DNA of 64,000 bases from an uncultured Acidobacteriota bacterium. GTDB taxonomy: Bacteria > Acidobacteriota > Thermoanaerobaculia > Gp7-AA8. The DNA lies in assembly GCA_963734155.1 (NCBI GenBank), contig CAVTGG010000014.1, positions 309,841 to 373,840 of the forward strand, read 5' to 3'. This document shows, in pieces, positions 18,696 through 31,009 of this stretch (within the stretch, counting starts at the first letter, position 1; every line of letters begins with the position of its first letter). Under the pieces are notes generated by a model, which worked only from the letters and a program-made list of their open reading frames with translations, made no database searches and was not told the DNA's origin. The position numbers and the translations under genes were made by a program.

Positions 18696-19647
18696 TCACC
18701 GCGGCCTGCGCTCGGCGCGCCGCCGGCGCGATGCGGCCGATGCGATCTCTTCGCCGGTGAGCAGCGGGCGGATCGAGAAGTCGGGGAAGTCGAGCGCGTC
18801 GTCGCGGCCGAGGGCGCGGAGGAGCGCGGGAAGCTGCCGTGCGATCGATTCGCCGGCGTCGTAGAGCGCGATGCGGTCGTGATGATCGATCAGCCGCCGC
18901 AGCGTCTGCACCTCTCGCAGCAGCGCGTGGCTCCAGCCCAACTGATCGCCGCCCGCGAGCGCGAGCGCAGCCGGCGAACGAGACGTCGTCCGCATGAAAC
19001 ACGCCCGCGCGGATGCCGAGGACTTCGTCGAGCGCGGTGCGGTGCAACAGATCGAGTGCCGTTCGAAACGCGTTCGACGAGAAGATCACCGACAGCTCGT
19101 ACATCACGCGCTCTTTCGCGACGCTGGCCAGCTTCGGCGCACGCTCGCGGATCGCCGCGATCGTCGCGTCATCGATCGACATGCCGTACTTCACGGCCAT
19201 GCGCACGCCTTTCAGCGTCCGCAGCGGATCGTCGTCGAAATTCTCGGCGTGGACCATCCGCACGACTCGGTCGCGAAGGTCCTGCTGTCCGCCATGCGGA
19301 TCGAGCAGCGCGCCGTTGGAGAGATCGACGGCCATCGCGTTGACGGTGAAATCGCGGCGCGCGAGGTCGTCGGCGATGTTGGCGTCGAGCAGCTCCGCGA
19401 AATCGTAGACGTGCTCGGGCAGCACGACGCGGTACGCGCTCAAATGCTCCTGATCGCCGAGGCGGATGACTTTCGGGGAAACCGTGCGCGCTGCGGCGAG
19501 GGGATCGAGACAGGCCACGTCGGCGTCGGCGGGCTCGCGTCCCATGAGCAGATCGCGAATCGCGCCGCCGACGACGTAGGAGCTCGGCGGGAGCGTCGCG
19601 AGCGCGGGGAAACGGCGAACGAGCTCGTCACGCCACATGGTCGGCAA
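18696..19647 (-). CDS. cca: tRNA nucleotidyltransferase (CCA-adding)/poly(A) polymerase family (apparent frameshift near 18990)
   Basis: The Pol-beta head motif is GGAIRDLLMG ... DADV ... RRDFTVNAM. The C-terminal region continues in another frame (ORF 18696-18995). Confidence 0.7.
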
Positions 19648-19656
19648 GGTACGTTG

Positions 19657-19778
19657 CCCTTCTCCCCGCTTGCGGGGAGAAGGTGGCCGAAGGCCGGATG
19701 AGGGGCGGCTCTTCGCACGAGGAACGACCCCTCACCCGGCCCTTCGGGCCACCCTCTCCCCGCAAGCGGGGAGAGGGG
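19657..19778. repeat. ~120-bp imperfect palindromic REP-like element (two hairpins CCCT(T/C)CTCCCCGC-N4-GCGGGGAGA(A/G)GG around an inverted core)
   Basis: The left half (19657-19710) is approximately the reverse complement of the right half (19722-19778). A related copy lies at 34770-34811. Confidence 0.6.
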
Positions 19779-19793
19779 CAACGGCAGGGGAAA

Positions 19794-20473
<680 letters not shown>

Positions 20474-20477
<4 letters not shown>

Positions 20478-21991
20478 GCGCCGCGATCGTAAATCAACCA
20501 GAGGCCGGAAAACCCGCGGAGCAAGCGAAAACGCGATCGGTAGAGCTGATGCAGGATCTGCCGGTTCGAGTAATACACCGCCTCCTGCAGGAAATCGGCG
20601 AATAGCGCGTCGAGCTCTTTCGCGAGATCGAGGCTCTGCTTCGCGCGGGCGAGCAGCAGCGGCTCCGGATGCACGCCGGCCGCGATCGCGGTGGCGAGGA
20701 TCGTCGCCTCTTCATCCACCTTGATCCGCAGCGCCGCCGCGCGCACATGCAGAACCCACAGCTCCTCGGTGTCATCCTCCGAATCCGCTTCGCATCGCCC
20801 GAACAGCTTCTCGTACGCAGTGATCTCCCATGGCTCGAGGCGCAGCCGCTCTTCCGCGCCGGCATCGATCGCGGCGCCGATGCGGACGAGAAAATCGTGG
20901 AGCGGCTCGGCGCGGCCGAAGCGCGACGTCACGTCCTCGACCTGCCGCGTCTCGTCGAAGAACTGCGCCGGCGGCTCGGGCGACGGCTCCGGCTCCTCCT
21001 CGACGTCGAGCCCGCGGTCGAGCTGCGCGAGGATGTTGTTCATGCTCCCTTTCAGGTGCGCGACGACGTCGTGCTTGATGTTCGACTGCGCGCGCAGCGT
21101 GTCGAAGCGCTCCTTGAACTCACGGAAGCGGGCGATCTCTTCGATCAGCGCCGGATTGGCGTCGCCGAAATTGCGCTCGATGGCGTCGCCGTGCTCCATC
21201 AGCTTCGCCGAGTCCTCGACGATCCGCTGCTCCTCGCCGCGATAGAGACGCAGGAAGCGATTCTTCGACGCGACGTTGAGCTCGATGATCGACAGCAGCA
21301 CATCGGGATCGAAGAAGAGATCGCCGACGCGATGCTTGAACGTGCGCGCATCCTTGAGCAGATTGCGCTCGGTGAGATCGTCGAACTTCACGGCCGTGGC
21401 GATGTCGTCGCGCATCGAGCGGACGGCGCGGATCACGCGGACCACTTCGTCGCGCGGCGCGGTGGCGACGTTGAGCAGCGAGACCAGGGCGATGATCCGC
21501 TGGCGCAGCTCGAGCGACTCGCGCACGGAAAACTCGCCGCGCTGCGCGTTGAAGTCTTCGCCGAGGCGGGTGAAGAGGAAATCGAGCTTGTCGCGGCGGT
21601 CCGCTTCGACGGCGTCGGCGTAGAGATAGAACTTGATCAGGTACTCGATGATCGTGTCCTCCTGCCGCTTGAGCTTCTCGAAGAAGCGGCGCAGCAGCGA
21701 GGGACTGATGGCGTCGTCGGCGGTGAGGAGGTAGCGCGTGACGCGGTCGAGCGCATCCTCGAGATCGGTCACGGCGGCGATCGTGGCCACGAGCCTGCGG
21801 TCTTCCATCGTCGCGGTGAGATCGCGCACGCGGTCGTAGATGCGCGTGAAGTCGACGTTGTACGGAAGCGGCGCGGCGAGGAAGTGGCGATAGGTTCCGG
21901 AGACGAACTGGTGCGACGTCCAGGCCGCTTTCAAGCGATCGGAGATGCGCTCGTATCGCTTCTGCAGGGACAGGCTCTCTGCGACGGTCAC
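20474..21991 (-). CDS. conserved hypothetical protein (505 aa, helical, acidic)
   Basis: This long ORF overlaps the FAH gene start by 4 nt. No recognisable motif was found. Confidence 0.45.
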
Positions 21992-22008
21992 CCGAAAACC
22001 TCGATGCT

Positions 22009-22539
22009 ATGATTCTGGCACGAATGGCACAGACGACGTTAATCAGCCGCGAACAAATCGACCGCCGGGTGGCGGAGATGGCGAAGGAGATCAGCGCCGA
22101 CTTCGCCGGCACGGACGCCATCGCGCTCTGCGTGCTCAAAGGGGCGATGTTCTTCTGCGCGGACCTCGTGCGCAATCTCTCGTTCGACATCGCCCTCGAC
22201 TTCATCCAGATCAGCAGCTACGGCAACGAGAAATACTCGTCCGGCGTGGTGACGATCCTCAAAGAGCCGCAGCTCGACATGCGCGGCAAGGCCGTGCTGA
22301 TCGTCGAGGACATCATCGACAGCGGCCTCTCGATCCGCGAGGTCAACAACTACATCGAAAGCCGCGGCGCATCGATGGTGAAGACGGCGTCGTTTCTCGA
22401 CAAGCCGAAGGCGCGCAAAGTGCCGTTCGTGCCGACGTACGTCGGCTTCTCGATCGAGCCGCAGTTCGTGATCGGCTACGGGCTCGACTTCGCGGAGAAG
22501 TACCGGAACATTCCGGAAGTTCAAGTGCTCAGCGACTAA
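22009..22539 (+). CDS. hpt: hypoxanthine-guanine phosphoribosyltransferase
   Basis: The PRPP-binding motif is VLIVEDIIDSGLS. Confidence 0.9.
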   Translation: MILARMAQTTLISREQIDRRVAEMAKEISADFAGTDAIALCVLKGAMFFCADLVRNLSFDIALDFIQISSYGNEKYSSGVVTILKEPQLDMRGKAVLIVEDIIDSGLSIREVNNYIESRGASMVKTASFLDKPKARKVPFVPTYVGFSIEPQFVIGYGLDFAEKYRNIPEVQVLSD

Positions 22540-22985
22540 GGCGACAAACGGAACGGCACGGTGACGTGGAGCAGCGTTCGCACGGGCTCGCCGCGAACAT
22601 TCCTGCCCGGCTCGTACCGCCAGTACAGAACGGCCTGGCGCGCGGCAGCGTCCAATCCCATCGGCAGCGGCTTGAGCACGCGCGCATCGCTCACGCTGCC
22701 ATCGCGCTCGATCAGCACCTCCAGGATGACCACACCCTGAATGCGCGCCTTTCGTGCGATCGCGGTGTATTTGGGCTGCACGGATTTGATCAACTCCGGC
22801 GGAGTCGCCGGATTGCGGACGGGATCGTCCGGCCGCGGCGCGCTCGGAATGCGATCGAGCGGATGGACGGCGCGCGGCGCGGGCATCGGCGCCGCGGCGC
22901 TCTTCACGGGCCGCACCGGCGGCGTGTTGGGCGTTTCCTGCGCACATGCCGCGAGCACCAGCAGACACGCGATCCGGACGTTCAT
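22536..22985 (-). CDS. TonB C-terminal domain protein (lipoprotein-like N-terminus)
   Basis: There is a Pro-rich linker. The C-terminal TonB_C-like block is PKYTAIARKARIQGVVILEVLIERDGSV. Confidence 0.55.
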   Translation of the reverse strand: MNVRIACLLVLAACAQETPNTPPVRPVKSAAAPMPAPRAVHPLDRIPSAPRPDDPVRNPATPPELIKSVQPKYTAIARKARIQGVVILEVLIERDGSVSDARVLKPLPMGLDAAARQAVLYWRYEPGRNVRGEPVRTLLHVTVPFRLSP

Positions 22986-23398
22986 GCGCGCAGAGTGTCC
23001 GGCCGCCAGTTGCGGATGCGCCGCTTGATCGCGTCGCCGCCGCGCAGATTTTCATCCACGACGCAGCGCGCGAGCTCCGGCAACTCGTCATCCGCGCAGA
23101 AGCGCATCGCGATCAGCTGCCGCGTCGAGTAGCGCGACGGATCGAGGCCGAGCTCGCGCAGCCGCGCGCGCTCTTCGAATCGGATGAGGCGATTCTGCAC
23201 AGTGAGTGCGAAGACGCGCGCGGACAGCATCAGCATGGCCAGCGCCGCGGCGACGATGACCTCCCATCCGTTCGTCCACGACCACCAGCGCGCGGCGACA
23301 TAGATGCGCACCAGCAGATTGAGGATGAGCACCGGCATGGCCACGAAGTGATAGGGCCAGTAGTAGCGTGCGTGGTTGGCGTAAGTCTGTTCGGACAT
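22982..23398 (-). CDS. hypothetical small membrane protein
   Basis: It has two predicted TM helices and no recognisable motif. It overlaps both neighbours by 4 nt. Confidence 0.4.
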   Translation of the reverse strand: MSEQTYANHARYYWPYHFVAMPVLILNLLVRIYVAARWWSWTNGWEVIVAAALAMLMLSARVFALTVQNRLIRFEERARLRELGLDPSRYSTRQLIAMRFCADDELPELARCVVDENLRGGDAIKRRIRNWRPDTLRA

Positions 23399-24811
23399 CT
23401 AGCGGGCCTCCGGCAGAAGGACTCTCACCCACTCAGAATACTGCTGTCCTGAGGGATGGAGTCCATCGCCGGCGACCAGCGAGGGGTCGTTGCGGCGGGA
23501 AATGGGCGTGATGTCGACCCATTTCGCGCCCGCGCGCCGCGCTTCTTCGCGATTGATGGCGTTGAATTGATCGATCTCGCGGGCGATCTTCGCGCGGTCG
23601 CGCCCTTCCGCGAACGGCGTGACGCCCCAGTCGGGAATCGAGACGACGATCACGTGCTGCGCGTTTCCGCCCGCGAATCCAATCGCGCGCTGCAGCAGTC
23701 CGACGAACTGCGTGCGGTACTCATCCGCGCTGCGCCCGCGGTATTGGTTGTTCACGCCGATCAGCAGCGTGACGAGGTCGTACGGTCCTTTCGGATCCGC
23801 GGCGTCGATGGCGGCGTTGAGCTCGTCCGTCGTCCAGCCGGTCCTGGCGATGATCTGCGGCTCGCCGAGGTTCAGCTGCTTCGCGAGCTGCACCGGAAAG
23901 CGATCCTCGGCGGCAACGCTCTCGCCGATCGTGTACGAATCGCCCAGCGCGAGATAGCGCGTGTCCTTCGAAGGCATCGCCGAGCATGATGTCAGAAGAA
24001 GCACGGCCAGGACCGCGCCGAGGGCGTAGCGGTAGTAGATGAAGATGTGCGTCGTGTGCGTGCGGAGGTAGCGCAGCAGGAACCAGATCGACGCCCAGCC
24101 GGAAACGAACGCGACGACGATCGAGACGAGGATCGGGGTCATGCCGATCGCCGCCAGCGCTTTGCGCTCCGAGACGAGCTCGTACAACCCGGCGGCGGTG
24201 ATCGCGGGGATGCTCATGATGAAGGAGAACCGCGCGGCCTGTTCGTGCGGGATGCGGCGGAAGAGCGCGGTCATGATCGTCGATCCGCTGCGCGACGATC
24301 CCGGAATGAGCGCGATGCACTGTCCGAATCCCATCCACCACGCGTCCTTCGCGTTGAACTCTTCCGGCGCGCGGAATCCGCGCGTGCGCGCGTAACGCTC
24401 CGCCATCTGCATGAGAAACGCGATGAACACGAGCTGAAACGTGACGACCCAGGTGCTGCGAAAGACGCCGTGGATGAGGTCTTTGAGCAGGATGCCGAGG
24501 ACGATGATCGGAATCGTCGCGAAGATGACGTACCAGGCCATGCGCGAGTCGTCGTCGCCGAACGGCTGGCGCGTGATGAGGCCGCGAAAGAACGCGACGG
24601 TCAGGCGCACGATGTCGCGCGCGAAGTAGAGGATGACGGCGACGATGGTCCCGAACTGGATGACCGCCGACGCCGCGGCGCCGGGATCGCCCCATCCGAG
24701 AAGCTCGGGGACGAGTTTGAGATGCCCGGTGGATGAGATCGGAATGAACTCGGTCAGACCCTGCACGAGTCCGAGAACGATCGCTTCGGTAATGGACACT
24801 ACATCTCCCAA
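23399..24811 (-). CDS. uppP: undecaprenyl-diphosphatase (UppP/BacA) fused in-frame to an SGNH/GDSL hydrolase domain
   Basis: The BacA motifs are LTEFIPISSTGHL and PGSSRSGSTI. With no intervening stop, an SGNH domain follows (ALGDSYTIG ... DGLHPS). The junction (LLLTSC) resembles a lipobox. Confidence 0.65.
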   Translation of the reverse strand: MGDVVSITEAIVLGLVQGLTEFIPISSTGHLKLVPELLGWGDPGAAASAVIQFGTIVAVILYFARDIVRLTVAFFRGLITRQPFGDDDSRMAWYVIFATIPIIVLGILLKDLIHGVFRSTWVVTFQLVFIAFLMQMAERYARTRGFRAPEEFNAKDAWWMGFGQCIALIPGSSRSGSTIMTALFRRIPHEQAARFSFIMSIPAITAAGLYELVSERKALAAIGMTPILVSIVVAFVSGWASIWFLLRYLRTHTTHIFIYYRYALGAVLAVLLLTSCSAMPSKDTRYLALGDSYTIGESVAAEDRFPVQLAKQLNLGEPQIIARTGWTTDELNAAIDAADPKGPYDLVTLLIGVNNQYRGRSADEYRTQFVGLLQRAIGFAGGNAQHVIVVSIPDWGVTPFAEGRDRAKIAREIDQFNAINREEARRAGAKWVDITPISRRNDPSLVAGDGLHPSGQQYSEWVRVLLPEAR

Positions 24812-26439
24812 ATGACAGGCAGAATCATCGGCCGCCTGCCCATGCTCTTTCGAAAGTATCGCTTCAGCAGCGCGCGGATTTTTTCCTGCAGCAGGTCGGA
24901 ATCGCGCAGTTCCTCGGCGGGACTTTCGTCAAACATGCCAACGATCATCTGCTGCACTTCGGCGAGGATCTCCTGGCTCGCGTCGACGTGCACCAGTCCG
25001 CGGGTGATGATCTCGGGATCGCGGATCAATCGCCCGTTGCTGTCGACGGCGACGACGGCAATCACGAATCCGTCCTCGGCGAGATGCTGGCGGTCGCGCA
25101 CGACGACTTCCGGCACTTCCTCGGCCTGCGCGTCGATGAACACTTTGCCCTGCGTCACGCGCTCCTCGAGCACGCGAATCGCATCGCCCTCGATCTCCGC
25201 CACCTGCCCGTTCGTGATCACCACGCCGTGCGGCACTCCCACATCCTTCGCCAGCCGCGCGTGATGAATGAGGTGGCGCAACGTGCCGTGCATCGGGATG
25301 AAGAACTTCGGCCGCGTGACGTTCAGCATCAGCTTCAGCTCTTCCTGGCAGGCGTGGCCGGAGACGTGGATGTCGGGCTGCTCGTGATGCACGACGTCTG
25401 CGCCGCGGCGATAGAGGTGATCGATCACGTGCGCGACCGCGCGCTCGTTACCGGGGATCGTGCGCGCGGAGATGATGACGACGTCGCCGCGCTCGATCGC
25501 GACCTGTTTGTGCTCGCCGATGGCCATGCGCGAAAGCGCCGACGACGGCTCGCCCTGCGTGCCGGTGGTGAGGATGACGAGCTCGCGCGGCGCGAGATCG
25601 GCGGAGCCGGCGCGGACTTCGCGCGGAACGCGCAGATACCCGAGGCGCTCCGCGGTCTCGACGTTATCGACGAGCGAGCGCCCGACGAACAGCATCTTGC
25701 GGCGGTGCTTGCGCGCGAGATCGATGATCTGCTGCACGCGATGAATGTGCGACGCGAAGGTCGTGACGATGACGCGCCCGGTCGCGTTCGCGAACAGACG
25801 ATCGAGCGCGGTGCCGACCGTGCGCTCGGACGGACCGTGGCCGGGCACGAGTGCGTTGGTGGAATCGCTGACGAGGAGCAGCACGCCCTCTTCGCCGTAG
25901 TGCGCGAACCGCGCGAGATCGGTCGGCTTGGCGTCGATCGGCGTGTGATCGATCTTGAAGTCGCCGGTGTGAATGATCGTTCCGGCGGGCGTCGTGATCG
26001 CGTATCCGAGCGCGTCGACGATCGAATGCGTGACGCGGATCGCTTCGACGCGGAACGCGCCGGCCTCGACGACGTCGCCGCGCGGCATCGATCGTTTACG
26101 TCATCGCGAGCAGTCTCGATGACGTCCGTCGATGCCGAACTCTTCGAACTTGTCGGCGACGAAGCCGAGCGTCAGCGGCATGCCGTACACCGGCAGCGGC
26201 AACCGCTCGACGAGAAACGGCACCGCGCCGACGTGGTCTTCGTGCCCGTGCGTGAGAAAGAGCGCCTTGATCTTCGACGCGTTGTCGAAGAGGTACGTCA
26301 TGTCGGGCACGATGACGTCGACGCCGAGCGTGGCCGCGTCGGGAAACATCATCCCGCAGTCGACGAGGATGGCTTCATCGCCAACCTCGTAGACCATGAG
26401 GTTCATGCCGATCTCGCCGAGTCCGCCGAATGGGATCAC
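24799..26439 (-). CDS. rnj: ribonuclease J (interrupted by an in-frame TGA at 26101-26103)
   Basis: The N-terminal MBL domain carries HGHEDH. The beta-CASP domain and C-terminus follow in the same frame after a TGA (…GIDGRHRDCSR*RKRSMPRGDVVEAG…). The start is a probable GTG at 26439. Confidence 0.75.
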
Positions 26440-26448
26440 GCGAAGAAC

Positions 26449-26527
26449 GGGTTGCTGGGTTGCTGAGTTGCTGAATTGCTGTGGTCTTCGTCGGTCATGT
26501 GTTCCTAGCGATCTAGCAATTCAGCAA

Positions 26528-26530
<3 letters not shown>
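26449..26530. repeat. tandem GGTTGCT heptamer array with downstream inverted partner (AGCAATTCAGCAAC)
   Basis: GGTTGCTGGGTTGCTGAGTTGCTGAATTGCTG is followed 28 nt later by CTAGCAATTCAGCAACTAC. This is the same family as 45084-45150. It lies in the 5' region of rnj. Confidence 0.5.
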
Positions 26531-27821
<1,291 letters not shown>

Positions 27822-27842
27822 GAGGCGGCGGATTATAGCGAT

Positions 27843-28545
27843 TCAGGCCAACAGCTCGCGCAGCATGGCCTCGCGGCGATTCATGAAGTCGCGCATGACC
27901 GTGTAGTGCTCGGTTTCCTCGTAGGCGACTTCACGAATTTTCTCGTCGAGCTGATAAATCGTCGCGCCGGGATACGCCATGAGGATCGGCGAGTGCGTGG
28001 CGATGATGAACTGCGATCCCCATCCCGCGAGATCGTGAAGGCGCACGAGCATCGACAACTGCCGCATCGGCGACAGCGCCGCCTCCGGCTCGTCGAGGAT
28101 GTACAGCCCATCGCCGAGAAAGCGATTGAGCAAGCAGCGCCATGAACGACTCGCCATGCGACTGCGCATGCAGCGAAGCGCCGCCGTACCCGCGCGTCAC
28201 GCCAAGACGGTCGATCTCCGTGGCGACGTTGAAGAAGCTCTCCGCTCTCAGAAAGTACCCGTCACTCGGCCATTTTGCTGACCTCATTAGTTTCACGAGC
28301 CGTTCTTCTTCCGCCTCGCGCTTGACCGTCTCGAATTGAAAGTTCTTCGAGCCGCCCTCGGGATTGAACCCCGCCGCCAGTGCGATCGCCTCCACGAGCG
28401 TGGATTTGCCCGAACCGTTCTCGCCGATGAAGAACGTGATTGGGTTCGTGAACTCGAGGGTTTCCGTGCGGCGGATGGCGGGGATGCGGGCGCGATAGTC
28501 GGCGACGGGCTGGAGGAAGGCGGAGCGAACGAACACGGTGTTCAT
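27843..28545 (-). CDS. AAA/ABC-type ATPase (AAA_21-like; apparent frameshift near 28150)
   Basis: The Walker A is FFIGENGSGKST. The Walker B / D-loop YILDEPEAALSP ... IIATHSP is in a second frame. Confidence 0.6.
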
Positions 28546-28550
28546 CGTAC

Positions 28551-28666
28551 GGCGGCGGGACGCCGCCGGGCCAGCCGGCGAGGACGCCGGCGTTCCGAGG
28601 ACAGCGCCGTTAGCGTCGGAGCGCCGGCGTCCTCGCCGGCTGGTCAGGCGGCGTCCCCGCCGCCTC
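28551..28666. repeat. REP doublet (43-bp imperfect inverted repeat built from GCCGGCGAGGACGCCGGC units)
   Basis: The left arm (28551-28592) is approximately the reverse complement of the right arm (28622-28666). It lies immediately 3' of the RAYT gene. Confidence 0.6.
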
Positions 28667-29231
28667 ACCCAACCCACGGCCAGTCTTTCAAACCAGCTTT
28701 GTACGGATTGTCCCAAATGTACTTCTGCGTATCGTGAAACTCCGCCGGCGAACGCACAATTCGATCAAAGTACTCGCGCTGCCAGATGACACCTCGCTTG
28801 ATGCGATGCGCGGTGTACGACTTCCAGGCCTGCACGATGGCCGGTACATCGCGGCCGCGTAACACATGCAGCATGACGTGCACGTGATTCGGCATCACGC
28901 ACCACGCATGAAGCTCGTAGCGCGCACGATCGAAATGCGCGAGCGCATTCGCGACGAGCTCCGCATGGTCACGCAACACGCATGAGCCGCGGCTTTCATC
29001 GAGAAATTGATCGAGGCGAATGCCGAAGAGACGATCGGCTCGCGCACGATCAATGTTCGTCGCGTCGCGCAGCATTCGCTCGCGCTCTTGGTACAGCTGC
29101 TGGGCGATCTCTCGTGGAAGGGAATCGCGGAGGCGGAAGGTGATGAAGTAGACGGACTCGTCGACCTGCCAATGCGGGAGACGGCCGCGCGAGGTGATGG
29201 TGGCGTTGGGGATGAAGTTGTCGTGGCGCAA
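28665..29231 (-). mobile_element. REP-associated tyrosine transposase (RAYT; IS200/IS605 TnpA-like Y1 transposase)
   Basis: The HUH motif is MPNHVHVML and the catalytic Tyr region is WKSYTAHRI. It is flanked on both sides by GCCGGCGAGGACGCCGGC palindromes. Confidence 0.8.
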
Positions 29232-29297
29232 TTTGTCCGGTGAGCCGAGAGGTTGGACGGCAAACGGGACGTGTGGGAGGAGAGAAGAATAGCACGA

Positions 29298-29364
29298 GGC
29301 GGCGAGGACGCCGCCTGATCAGCCGGCGAGGACGCCGGCGCTCCGAAGCTCGTTGGCTTCGGAG
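29298..29364. repeat. REP palindromes (GGCGGCG-AGGA-CGCCGCC, GCCGGCG-AGGA-CGCCGGC) plus hairpin CTCCGAAGC-N6-GCTTCGGAG
   Basis: These are the same unit as 28571-28643. They overlap the last 15 codons of the dynamin-like gene, on the upstream side of the RAYT. Confidence 0.55.
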
Positions 29365-31004
29365 ACGATGCTTGTTAGTTTCGAAGCGAAGCGCTCTACC
29401 TTTTCCGACTCCGCGGCATAGAACCGCTCGTATGGTTCGAAGGCGGACTTGATGTTGCGGAGCATGCGGTCGATTTCGATGGTGCTTTCGCGGTCGAGGG
29501 AGTCGCGGAGTTGGCCGCGCAGCTCCTGGATGCGGCGTTTGAACTCTTCCTTTGCCTTCGAGCGCTTGTACGGGAGGATGAGGAAGCTGGTGACGAGGAG
29601 CATGGTGGCGGCGGTGAGGCCGGTGACGTCGATGGCGGTGCTGGTGACGGCGCTGGTGATCAGGTAGCCGAGTCCGAGGGCGCCGGCGCCGAGGCCGAAG
29701 GAGTGGAGGACGGCGCGCATGGCGTTGTCGATGATGCGGCGGCTCTCGAGGTTCACGTCGTACGCGGCCAGGCGCTGCTCCGCGTTGCGGTGCATCCGGC
29801 CGTACACCTCCTCGCGGTTATAAGCGAACTCGCGTCCGACGTTGTTGATCACTTCCTCGCGCCGCTGGCGCTGGAACGCATCGACCGTCCCATTCCACAG
29901 CTTCATGTTCTCGCGCACCAGCCAGTCCACCGCCTCCTGGATGGTCGTATCGATCGAGCCGCGCCAGCCCATGAACACCTGCCGCTCGAACTCCTCGCGG
30001 AAGCGGCTCGCGTCGCGCAGCATCATCACGTGCTGGATGCGCACGTAGCGATCGAGGAAATCGAGACCGCGGCGCTCGAGGTCCATCAGCAGGTTGTCGA
30101 TGCGGATCACGAACTGCGAGAAATTCGAAACGAGATCGGCGCGCGCGCGCTCGAGCTGATCGTGAATCGTATCGATGTGCGCCTTGTCCGACGACAGCAC
30201 CTGGCGCCGCGACTCGATCATCCGGAACTGCTTCTTCGCCAGCGAGAGAATCGTCTCCAGCGGCGCGGTGAGCTTGATCCGCACGCGCTCTTTCTCCGAC
30301 AGCACGCGGAAGATGTAATCCTCGAGCGCGTCGAAGCGGCTGCGCGTCTTCGTCGACACCGGATAGATCACGGGGTCGAATCCGAAAATCGAACGCGTGT
30401 TCGTGCGCAGGTAGTCGATCACCTGCGCGATCTCGGCGTCGTCTTTCGTGTCGATCTTGTTCAGCACGAATACGACTTTCTTGCCCCACTCGCGGATGTA
30501 TTCGAGGAAGCGCCGTTCCGACTCCGACAGCGGGCGATCGATCGACGTGACGAACAAGACGAGATCGGCGCGCGGGACAAAGTCCTCGGTGATTTCCTGA
30601 TGCCGCTGCACGATCGAGTTCGTGCCCGGCGTGTCGACGAGCGTGATGTTGCGCAGGAACTCGACGGGATAGAACTGCTCGACGACGTAGTCCGATACGC
30701 GCCGCTGCGTCGCTTTCTCGCCGTAACGCAGGACCGAGATGACGTCGTCGACGGGAACCGGTCCCTCGGTGCGCAGCTTTTCGCCGAACAGGGCGTTGAT
30801 CAATGACGACTTGCCGGAGTTGAACTCGCCGACGATGACGATCGTGAAGAGATCCTCGAGCGTGGCGATCAGCTCATCGACGCGGCGGCGGTCGTCGGCC
30901 TGCTCGCGCTCGAGCGTTTCGCGCAGCTCGACCAGGAGGCGTTGCTCGCGGCGGAGCAGCGCCTGCACTTCGGGGTCGAGGACGGAGGCGAAGGTGCCGG
31001 ACAT
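29319..31004 (-). CDS. bacterial dynamin-like GTPase
   Basis: G1 is GEFNSGKSSLINALFG, G3 is DTPG and G4 is NKID. Long helical stalk regions are present. The start was chosen at ATG 31004, and the ORF's N-terminal extension is antisense junk over the kinase gene. Confidence 0.7.
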   Translation of the reverse strand: MSGTFASVLDPEVQALLRREQRLLVELRETLEREQADDRRRVDELIATLEDLFTIVIVGEFNSGKSSLINALFGEKLRTEGPVPVDDVISVLRYGEKATQRRVSDYVVEQFYPVEFLRNITLVDTPGTNSIVQRHQEITEDFVPRADLVLFVTSIDRPLSESERRFLEYIREWGKKVVFVLNKIDTKDDAEIAQVIDYLRTNTRSIFGFDPVIYPVSTKTRSRFDALEDYIFRVLSEKERVRIKLTAPLETILSLAKKQFRMIESRRQVLSSDKAHIDTIHDQLERARADLVSNFSQFVIRIDNLLMDLERRGLDFLDRYVRIQHVMMLRDASRFREEFERQVFMGWRGSIDTTIQEAVDWLVRENMKLWNGTVDAFQRQRREEVINNVGREFAYNREEVYGRMHRNAEQRLAAYDVNLESRRIIDNAMRAVLHSFGLGAGALGLGYLITSAVTSTAIDVTGLTAATMLLVTSFLILPYKRSKAKEEFKRRIQELRGQLRDSLDRESTIEIDRMLRNIKSAFEPYERFYAAESEKVERFASKLTSIVSEANELRSAGVLAG

Positions 31005-31009
31005 AAGAA

